From Balanoglossus misakiensis (taxonomy: Eukaryota > Animalia > Hemichordata), in NCBI GenBank assembly GCA_040954595.2, contig CM082597.2, forward strand, positions 1,594,886 through 1,658,885: a stretch of 64,000 nt of DNA, given 5' to 3'. The translations under genes were made by a program, and so were the position numbers. Below, one piece after another: positions 37,101 to 47,552 of this stretch (its first letter is position 1; each line of letters begins with the position of its first letter). The notes below the pieces were generated by a model that worked only from the letters and a program-made list of their open reading frames with translations, had not been told where the DNA came from and ran no database searches.

Positions 37101-40100
37101 ATTTTCAATTTGATCAGCGTGAAATCGAAATTACCATCCAACCCCACACACCACAGTGATCGACACCAAGTGTCAAATTTGTGGCAAGAATACAATCAGA
37201 AATATTTGACAAATCATTCCTGAGGCGACCGGCGACCACTTATGTGAACACACACTTACCTGTTCTTGATCAGTTTTCACTTCCTGCTCAGTGGCAGCTA
37301 CTTCCTCGACAGCATCCTTGGAAATTAAAAATTCAACACACAGACATTTACAAAAACTGAACAAATAAAACATGGCAGACATGTACAATGTATACATACA
37401 TGTATGTATGTATGTGTGTGTGTGTATGCATTGTATGTATGTACACGTATTTACATGTACGGTATGTATGTATGTATGTACATTGTATATGTATGTGTAT
37501 GTATGTGTGTGTGTATGTATGATTGGATGGATGGACATAATATTATACATAAATTTGATGAACAAATTCAACGGAAAATTAAAATCAAACATCAAATATG
37601 AAGAAAACAAAAAAAGACAAAAATGTAGACAATCACACCCTACCTTTTTCTCAGCAGGGGCCTGTTCCCCTTCATCTTTGACACCATTTTCTTTTGCCTC
37701 CTTTGACGAACCAACACAAAACAAAACAAGTCACAAACAAGGACAAGACAAGGTGTGTACATTACTGCTCGCATGGGTACAGTACATGTAGGTGACATAC
37801 AAAATGTGAGGCGGATTTGAACAGTTTTATCATTGCTATGAAATGGAATGGTAGAATGCTAATAGACTAAGCATCCTACATACTAGTAGTACATAACATC
37901 AAACCTCACAGACTTCAACTGTGGAGCCTAGGTATTGTATATAAGCAGGTCAGACTCATACAATGAGATATGAGGTCAATATATTAAAAATACATGTACA
38001 ATACTTCATTTCAGTAGAATCACTATGCACATACCGGCAGCTAGGTGAGATGAATGTTAAAATTTAAAATACTCATATGAATTTTTAAAATGGAATTAGT
38101 CATCGCCAAGCTGGCAGATGGTGGATGGATGGTGATCTCAAACTGATTGTGAGGGCTCTTGTAATAAAATCATGTGTCCAGGAGTTATATTATTGCTTTG
38201 GAATGATAATGAAGGAAATTTGCAAGCTTGACATTCTTACAACCTCTGGTTTGGTACGGATGGGAAACCTCTTTAATTATACCAGAGTTGTCTCAATGAG
38301 CCTCAAAAACACAGGGCAGCGATTATTTACACAACACCACAATGCATGTGTTACACAGCCCGATGTAAACAATTACACCATGTGTATAAAGTGTTAGTGT
38401 TACATACAACTTCGTAGAACAGGTAACAAAACACCACTACATGTAACTTACCCCTCTCAGATGGTGGATATTCTTTAAAGCCGATGTTTCAATTCTGTTG
38501 CTTTAGTCAATATCCAACTTTAAGGTACATCAGCCAACTCGAGTAACTGTCGACTATTTTTCAATGCTTTGCTCTGTATATCAACCTCAATAATATTTTT
38601 ACTGAAATATGAACTTACAACTTTCTCTTCTGACTTCATTTGATGGACTTCTTTCCTGGCTTTGAGTCCTTTGAAACCAGCTTGGATTTTCACGGCTGCT
38701 TTCTCAACTTCCGGATCATTGAGATCGATGTCAATCTCCTCTTCTTCCTGTTTTGTTTCACTGTCTTTCCTGGAAAAAACAGCAATCCAATATCATGTCA
38801 TGGAAGTACAATATTCCATGTTAACAGAGGACAGTGTGACAGGGCATTGGTCTGCATGGCTCATATTTACACATGTACTGTTCTTTTGAAGATGAAAACC
38901 ACTTACTTCATCTCTTCAACCTTCTCTCTTGCCTGGTGACCTCTGACCCCTGCCTGGATTTGCGTGGCTGCTGCTTGTTGCTGTGGGTCGCTTGCGTCTC
39001 CGATGTTTTCCTGAAAGCAACAAACACAAACAAAAAGTGTGGAAAACGAACCAAAATAAACAAACCATGACAAAACCATAAAAGTAACTGAAGAAGATGC
39101 TATATACAGGAGACTCATGCATGTTGAAAATGATGAGCGAAAAAAAAATGGGGTTAAAAATCCATGCATGTTGGCATGCATTCTGTGAGCACTGTGAAAC
39201 AGTAAGATGATGATTTTAGGAATGGAATTTTTTCAAGAACACAAAATCATGTGAATTGATAACAAATGACAGTTTTATCGAGTTTTGTCGAGATATTAAA
39301 TTACAAACACAATGTATGAGAAGTATAGTTTTTTTTAAATACAGTAACTCAGACATAAAGATACAGAGAGCAGCTGGCAAGATGCTATCCCAGGGGTCTG
39401 GATGAAATTCCGGGAAAACGGGTGAACGACCATGAGACATGCGGGTTTGTGATGCCGGGGGTTCGTCATTCAAGGGTTTGCAAAAGAAAGAAAAATGGTT
39501 GGTGGGATACACCGAGTTAGAACGGAGGGAGTCACAGTCTCACATGTTTGGAGCGCCGGGATAGCCTGGAGCTGCCCTTTCCCATGTTATGTGTGGGTGA
39601 GGAAGTCTGCAAAGGGAAGAGAGTTGTGAGCTGTGTGTGAGTTGATTAAAAATGAATGTACAAGGTGGAGTGTGCTCTGGTGATACAGAAGGAAAATCAG
39701 CCGTAATACTGTACATAGGGAACTGTGTGCAAGACAAAACAAGTTACTTTGTTTTGTTTGTTTTCTTCGTCATCACCATGGGACTGAGCAATCATAGGGG
39801 GTCCGATTTGGATCTGATCACTACTTCAGACCCTTTTTCACAGAATATGAAACGTGATACAAGAATTCCTGATTGAATATAACTAAACAATTGCCCAATA
39901 TGTGGGACTGGCATTATAAGACACATTTTGGGAAAAAGGCTGGTCTGTAGCTGGAAAGATGTCAAAACTGAAAAAGTTAGAAAGGAAGACTAGAATAACC
40001 CTGGCAGGTGGCTTTTGCTGCTAATGGCTCGTTATGCATCAATCATTGTAGAGTATCTTTAAATAGAGATAATACATGCAAAGGAATACCATCGTAAATA

Positions 40101-43100
40101 ATCCATTCATGGAAGGATCCATACAAAATTGCTACTAACTCTTTCTTATTCTATTCAGCACAGAACGGTTATCGATGATGAGCTTGTACGTTCCAGAAGA
40201 TAAAAATGCATATTTGATCAGAACTTGTTACGCATAAAACTAGTTACCACTAAGGTAATCTGCTGTACAAGATTCTGCTACACGCAACTTATACACAAAC
40301 TTCAATCCATTATAATTTGATATCACTGTCTTGTCCCTTCTGTTTCACCTCTTATCAAATTATAACTCATATGTACAGAACGATTGACATTCATATGAGC
40401 ATAAAAATGAATTAAACTCTTTTGGGAAATTACAATCAGACATTCTGGTGGGGTTTATGTCTATCTCTCGCATCACGCATGATTGAACAATTAGTCTAAT
40501 GATATTGACACTAGCCACAAAATGTCAAAAGGCAGAAATGCAGACGAGAGATAACAGAACAAATTTGAAGTAAAATTTTTATTGCAGCCTGTCACGGGGT
40601 TCAGAAGATATGCAAATATCATGTGTGTCTATCACTTTGGCGTCTAGTATCATGTCCCGTGTTAATTCTGTAATGAGATGCAAAAAGTGAAAATACACCG
40701 TGATGATTGGCTAGCAAAAGTCATGTGATAGTAGCTCACTTGAGCAAAAATACTGAGTTGTAGAAATTATGATTTTGTCAGGATAGTGACAATTTTTTTA
40801 TGCTAGCAGTGTGCCAGATAGGTACCACCAGCACACAAAATGATTTGTACGAGAAACATTTCCTTCTCTTTAAAAAATGAAACTGTGATGAATGTTTTGC
40901 GAGTGACTTTCTACGATATTCATAAATATCTCCAAAATGGTCTTTTGTGTGTCGCCCCGCATTTCAATTCCCAGCGGATAATTCCCCCATCAGCCTCGTA
41001 ATATCAATAATTTATCATTCGCACATCAATCATGGATTCAATTAATGCCATGCATAAATCAGCCTTTTATCTTATCAAAGATAAAAGCAGCCCCGGCAAT
41101 GGTCGGTTTATCATTGCATGGAATTAGGAATTCACGTCAGGTGTGTTTCAGTCATTACCATGTATGCACGTCTGATGCATTGTGAGTTTAAAGTTTTACT
41201 ATGTGCCAGGAGGAGAAATTCCTTTGCAATGTCGAATGAGTCTATGCCAGGATCAGTGTGACCTATAAGCTCATATGATGCGCCACTGACTCAACAAACT
41301 CACTGGTGACTCAAGAAAATTATCCACTATACTACATACAAAGGTATACGGCTGACTCAGGGAAATTTTTAGAAATCCTCAAATTGACTCAAAGCTTTTT
41401 AAAATTATATATTTATAGGGTACACTGGTCAAGATATGGGTACCAGCCAGTGGGTCTTTTGGCCAATCAGTGGGCCATTTTAACCCACTGACTGGGTCAT
41501 TTCAACCCACCAATGGGGTCCTTCCAAACTGCAAGTGGGTCTCTTTCGCCTACCTGTATTAGGGCATTGGAAGCACATGGACAACTTAGCCTGAAGGTTC
41601 TTGGTCAAAATCCTAATCGCTAAATATGCAATTGTCTTTATAATAATGAGATGCCATGTCAAGGAAAATATCCCTTCCAGGCCTCCACGAATATCTCAAT
41701 CAAGGACAAGGATTTAAATAATCCCCATGGAATTACCAGCGCCAAATAGGGAAAACTGACTTCTTCAAATTATCCACTATTCAGGATAATGAGGATTAAA
41801 TTGAAAGAGTGACAGTAATATTGCATTGCAGTCATCATTTATGAGTAAATTAAACCTCATGTTCTGACTACAATGTGTTGAAATAAATTGGCGTTGACAT
41901 AATTGAATATCACCTCGCATTTGCTCATGTCCTTAGGACAAGATATTACATGTAATTTATACCGAATTGGTAAAACTACAAATTCAGATTTTTCCTCCTG
42001 AAAATTTACATTAATTTCAATATTCATTTGATATTTCACCAACACAAACTGGTTGACTAAAATTTTCATAAACAACATCTTACAATGAAAATGAGTTTCC
42101 TCAAAGAAATTCAAATTAATTTTCCAAATTGCACTTTGTATAATGAGAACTGGCAAAGTTTTGTTGGAAAAGTCCCTAAATTGGCCTCCAGATGAATACA
42201 TAAAGTTGAATTAGCGAAAGACAATTATTTTAAGATGTCATGATTACATCGTGTCAGGATCGACAGAATGAATCGATGTGGGGAATTAAAGTTCACAGGG
42301 AAAATCCATCTTACGTGAAGATCTACCAAAGATTTGTACGTGACTGTTCGGTACTAATTTAATAAGTTGGCATGTTATTTTACAATTTTAAAATAACAGA
42401 CAAAAATATCGCAGACTAGAAATATAGTTGACCTACCTACCTGCTGGCTGTGTCTTGTGTGTGTGGGTGGAATATGGATGTTTTTTACGACGACGGAAAA
42501 TTCAGAGAGTATTCCAGAGGGAATTTACGGAGAGTCAGGTTAAGTGGCAGTTGACAGATGGGATTCCTTGCAGAATCCAGATCAGTCAATATTTGTCAAA
42601 TCAAGCGTCAGATCACTATCAGACGTCAAGACTTGCTGTGTCACCTCGCCTGTGATTGGACAGCGTGCGATCACGTGAACCCCTGCCTGAGCAATTTCGT
42701 TACAAAGGACCTGATTGGTCAATATTCATCAACCGCTTCGATCAGTACAGTATTGCTCTGTAGAATATTGGCCAAATCCCAGAATGTAAATTTCTCTGAA
42801 TTTTTTGTCGATTTGGTTGGGGGTAGTGAGTTACATTAAAGTTTATAACAGATAGACCAATGGCCCGGGATCTGTGCGACTGTCTGTATATTTTATACGT
42901 ATGTGTTCGATTGAGAAATGTGTTTTAGAAGCACTGGTCTGCATAGACTCGATACCACAGTTTCAAGTCACTACTAAACACTAAGCTATAGTCGCTGGCC
43001 TCTCAATTTGTGCAAGTGATACTAATTAGAGTCTTTGCAAACATGCAGACTCCCTCATCCCTGGAGAATTCCAGTCATTAGGCATGCATTAAATGTGGAC

Positions 43101-46100
43101 AAATTGATTAATTGCAAATGATTAAGAGTCCAAACAAACACCTGAATTCCAAGCACATTCTAGTTCTGATATTCTGATGGACGAGATGTAGAGCGACTAA
43201 TTTTTTTTAGATTGACAAGACCACCATGATAGCTGAGATTACTGATGGTGTGGGGGCATATGCGGAGTGCTCACGGCTGAACTCCTTTACCACTATGGTT
43301 TGGTCCAAATCCATTGTTTTCTATGGCAAAATTGGACTGCTAAAATGGATAACAGGGGTGAAAGATTAAATTTCATATGACCCAATATCTTATGTCTCCT
43401 CAGCAAATTAACCAGGTGAACCAGGTGTGTGTATTAAACAAAAAGAGACAAGAAACATATTCTTTTGCAATAATACGATTCTAGTTTATGTATGCAAGAA
43501 GGAAGATGTCGGCGTGCCGGTGTTTCCTGGAAAATATCCATCATCCATAGTCTTAATTTCCTGTTCTCTAGTGCCCCGGTACAAACCAGACAAAGAACAT
43601 TACCATTCCTGTGAAGTCTTCTAATGTTCATGTTATGCGCCTCACCAGACTGCCACTAAATTTGCCCAGATTAAACAACCTAACGATTTCATAATCTAGT
43701 AACGACAGAAAAATGTTCACAGTAGCGCAAAACTGATCAATGTTCGCACAGAGAAATTTACAATTGATCAGGTGACTTTATTTCTTAATAAAAACTATAA
43801 TTCAGGAACTCAGGATGTTCTGAAGACATTGTGGCAGCTGCAAGCATTCTACTGATTAATCAAAATGCAAGTCACATCACAAGTTCGGTCAACTTTTGAC
43901 ACTCAGATGCATGAGATGTCAGGTTGGGGCACAGGTTTTGGTGACAGACAGAGTGAGTGTATGCGTGTGTGTGTTTTTGCTGAATAGCAAGACTTACTTG
44001 GAAGGCTCTGTTGTTGTAGTATCTGTCTTGAAGTTTGGCTGAAAATTCTGCTGGATCGAAACCTTCCTCTGAAAAAGAATAAATACAAAATTTCGCCTTT
44101 TATAGCATGTCATGATCTGTTCACGAATGGATTGTACATTCACACCTTACGCATTGTCTTTTGCGTTTGCAACCATTTTTCGTGGTATTTGATTTACAAC
44201 GAAAAATTCTTGGGGGACACATATCACAAATTACGTTTTTACATGTAATCTAGCATCTTTTCTTATTTCAAAATGACTTGCTCTATCAAATACAATTATT
44301 TGAGAAACACACACACTCCATCACAATACAATCCACTAATGCATATTTCTTTGTATAAACTTCCGTCATTGTGAAGCAAGACCATGTAAGTGAAATTATT
44401 GATTTTTTTCTTTTTAATTCCTCCCATTACGACACGACACGTCATATGGTAATTTTTTCATTCACATTTCCTGTCCATTACCAATATTACCACCGAAAAA
44501 AACACTTGTTGAAATTTCAATCTTGTTGTCGAGCCATCAGAATATATGCATAATATATGTTAGCTTGGTAAGACATAATGTTCATTGATTGCATCTTTTC
44601 ATTAAAATTAAGCCTGGATATATTTAAAACAAAATGAAATATTAATAACGGTCATTTATTTCTCCGTTAAATTTTCTGACATGAGTTGTCCTAACATCAT
44701 ATCTTTATGTTTAAAAATGTTTTTGCTGTGTATATATTTTTCAGTTTCTCATTCGACTGCTGAAATTACATTTAAACACTAGATAATGAGCAATTATCAA
44801 CATAGCTAGAATATGCCCAACAATTGCAGTAATTGCTCTTGTTTTCCTGGAAAAAAAAGTGTTGGGAAATATGATTCGAAATTGTGCATGATATCGAATA
44901 TAAAAGCTTAAAGGGAAAGCTACAATGACTTACCTGCAGTGGCCCAACAACCAATTCTATAAAATACACACAATCAAAACGGAGTTCGACAGATGACGAC
45001 GCACAATGTGTAAGTCTCAATTACTACTTTCCTTAATAATGAATATTAATTTATCAGGCTGAGAACTAATATGTAGAGGGCATACATGCTAAAATCACAT
45101 TAGAATTGCTGTAGACCAAACTATTATAATGGTAGGGGTGGCAGCATGCCCAGCCGGGTCTTGTTTTATGTGAGGTTTAGTTGTCAAGTACCTTTCATGT
45201 GAATTTTAATATTTTTATTCTCATTAATCTTAAAGCAAACTTGCAATGAATGAGAAAAATAAAGATATTGTTTAAACTGATACGGACATTTGTTGGACAA
45301 ATGAAAAAAGTAAGAAATTGAACATCAATTCATTTTAATGTGTATCCATCTTTTTGTTTATTTCAATATTTTGTTTATTTCAATGATATTGACGTACTCT
45401 TTGCAAATCATATCAATGACAAGATAATATATGTTACCAACTTTAACAAATACAGGCAACTGTTCAAAATGTGCTGTTTTTATGTTTAAACAACTTTAGG
45501 CAAAATACCATATACCACATTTTTATAAATTAATGTGTGATACACTTTCCAATGGAACAAAGTAGGGTTAGGAATTTTGACAAAGGTGTCAGACGTCCTA
45601 ATTAATTCAGTTTCACACTGGTATTTCAAACAGCTGTCTTGGAGTTGGAATACGTTCCACAGACGTGTCAGTCTACGAAATCAATACAGAAAAAGTGGTC
45701 CATTCACGTATTTTTCCCCACATCAGACAATTACCAAATGATGCTGGCGTTGCTTGACAACAGATGCTAAAAGGAATTTCATCAGTCCACGTTCAAAACA
45801 TTAGAAAATGGCCTGGTTTCAGAAGCTAACAGTACACACAGCATGTCGATTCTTGTGCCACATCTGGATCAAAATCCCTTGGCAAATATAAAGATCGTGA
45901 TTTGGAGCAATCGGAAAGGTTACTTAATAACACAGGATTTCAAGCGGATCATTTTTATAGTGTTAATGCTAAATCACACATGCGAAAAACAGGTTCTGCT
46001 TTTTTGGTGTGTTGATGCATAAAATCTCGTGCACGATCACGAGTGATACGGAGTACAGTACAAGCCACTACATGCATACCGCTTACTGTTATAAACACAG

Positions 46101-46315
46101 AGCTTGATCACTATGACGTGGACATTAGTAATGTAACTATGAGCACAAGATCGCATCTTACCTTCTCTGATTCGTAAAAGTTTATCGAAATAATGCGCCG
46201 AAAACTGGTAAATATTTTCGGGTTGTTCTCTGAGGACTTCGCGGGCCAGACCCTCAAGGAGGGTCTGGAAGCCGTTCGGAACCCGTAATTTGGTGTTGGA
46301 AAACGGTACTGCCAT
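28118..46315 (-). CDS. SPA17: Sperm autoantigenic protein 17 ortholog, greatly expanded: RIIa domain + 11 IQ motifs + acidic E/A/P-rich tail, up to about 1032 aa with all cassette exons
   Basis: Exon 46315-46162 MAVPFSNTKLRVPNGFQTLLEGLAREVLREQPENIYQFSAHYFDKLL and exon 44068-43998 EEGFDPAEFSAKLQDRYYNNRAFQ match the SPA17 N-terminus (MSIPFSNTHYRIPQGFGNLLEGLTREILREQP...FDPAEWGSKVEDRFYNNHAF). Further phase-consistent exons: 39010-38907, 38769-38619, 37700-37644, 37316-37260, 36222-36109, 35662-35513, 34740-34696, 34489-34445, 34223-34179, 34061-34017, 33855-32803, 31073-30936, 28987-28118. Confidence 0.88.
30324..30415. mobile_element. 84-bp piggyBac-like MITE with TTAA target-site duplication
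   Basis: TTAA|ccctttcacc ... ggtgaaaggg|TTAA (element 30328-30411), with internal palindrome gtggttcgaaccac. Related or partial copies at about 43278-43369, 49271 and 51002. Confidence 0.75.
34017..37700 (-). other. Array of eight symmetric (phase 0-0) acidic cassette exons of SPA17 (57, 57, 114, 150, 45, 45, 45, 45 nt)
   Basis: Each is an open E/K/A/T-rich frame flanked by AAG| and |GT, e.g. tttgtgaag|GCC AGT GAA...TCA AAG|gtaggc and tttgtcaag|GAA ACA CAA...ACA GAG|gtcagt. All lengths are multiples of 3. Confidence 0.75.
37383..37535. repeat. (TATG)n/(TG)n low-complexity tract
   Basis: Degenerate tatg/tgtg/ggat repeats between two cassette exons. Confidence 0.85.
39544..39585 (-). CDS. Putative alternative first coding exon of the SPA17 locus encoding MGKGSSRLSRRSKH (N-myristoylation motif + basic patch)
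   Basis: Acceptor ctctcttccctttgcag| at 39606; Kozak aacATGG at 39585; 14 codons, then |gtgaga at phase 0, in frame with exon 39010 (phase 0). Confidence 0.7.
42442..42800 (-). promoter_or_regulatory. Candidate internal promoter and non-coding first exon within SPA17 intron 2
   Basis: Minus-strand donor ccagcag|gtaggt at about 42441. Just upstream: clustered CCAAT boxes (attgg on + at about 42655, 42714, 42766), an E-box CACGTG (about 42672) and a CRE-like GACGTCA (about 42622). Confidence 0.5.
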
Positions 46316-46451
46316 CTTTGATTAACTGTGAAGTGTGTAAAATACGGCGTAACCACGTAGAAATATCGATTTGCACCTAAAAAGATCAAGTTCCCACAGT
46401 CTGTTCACAGATCGGTCATTCAACACAAGGGCGCCTTGCGTTTACTGTGTT

Positions 46452-46464
46452 GTTTCCTAACGAC
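46452..46464 (-). promoter_or_regulatory. RFX X-box-like element upstream of SPA17
   Basis: GTTTCCTAACGAC (minus strand GTCGTTAGGAAAC) 137 bp upstream of the ATG; a second strong site GTTGCTTGACAAC at 45749-45761 in intron 1. Confidence 0.55.
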
Positions 46465-47552
46465 GGCTCATGAATATGCATGAGTATACAACAATCTCCG
46501 TTGTGAAGGAAACAGCGCCCTCAAACAAAAGAGCAATAGAAAAACGTGAAGACGATATGTACACTCGCTCAAAGTTTACTATTTTCAAGAGAATTTACCG
46601 ATTTTTCTTTAAATCTAAGTATGCATTTATTTACATTTTGAAAATATATAAACATTTCCTGTACATTCATTAAAATTCACATTAATTCTTATTCTGTACA
46701 ATAGAGTGAAACCTTTCCTTACAGCCACTTGTCTACATAATCAGAACTCCAAATTATGGAGATTTTCATTCAATGTTACTTTCTGCTAACACTATGCTAG
46801 CATCAGAATAAAAACTCATCAAACGTAGCCATAGCTGGCTTTTCTACTTGAGGTGATATAACCATATCAGGTAAATAAATTGGCATGAGAAAAATACACA
46901 AGAAATTAAACATGGCACATAATATTGGCACATTAATATTTACATCTCTGTGAGTTTCCCAGATATTCTACAAATGAAGTTAGCAATTACATGAGTTTGT
47001 GACTACAATTAATTAGGCTAACTGCATTGAAGATTACTTCAAGTACTGTTATTGGAGGTTTGCAAAATTATCATTTTGTAAAAATATAACTCTTACTATC
47101 CACCAAAAATGTAATAAACTTACTAGTGGTGCCTTTCTTTGAGTGGTAACATATTCATGTTATTATTATGGATACAAGGGGAAATGTTTTGGAGATTACC
47201 TCAAAACTGATTTATTTTCAATTTTTAGCAAAAGTGCCTGAGATCGAATTCTACATACTGTGCAGTAATACTGTCTGTGAGTCTATACTATTTTGGTACA
47301 TAACCTTATTGACCGTAAAATGTTAACACCATTCCTTTAAGGCATTTACAATTCTTAAATAAAAGATTTCAACCTCCATAAATACATGTATACAAAGCTA
47401 ATGTGATATTTACATGGAGTCTTATCTTGTCTCATCTCTAACAAAATTACAGTCTAAATCTTCTAAATATTTTTGACAAAGTCCACTTTGATTGTACCAC
47501 ATTCCTTATACATCCATGGAAGACTCTGCAAAATTCCTTGGCATTCCTCGTT

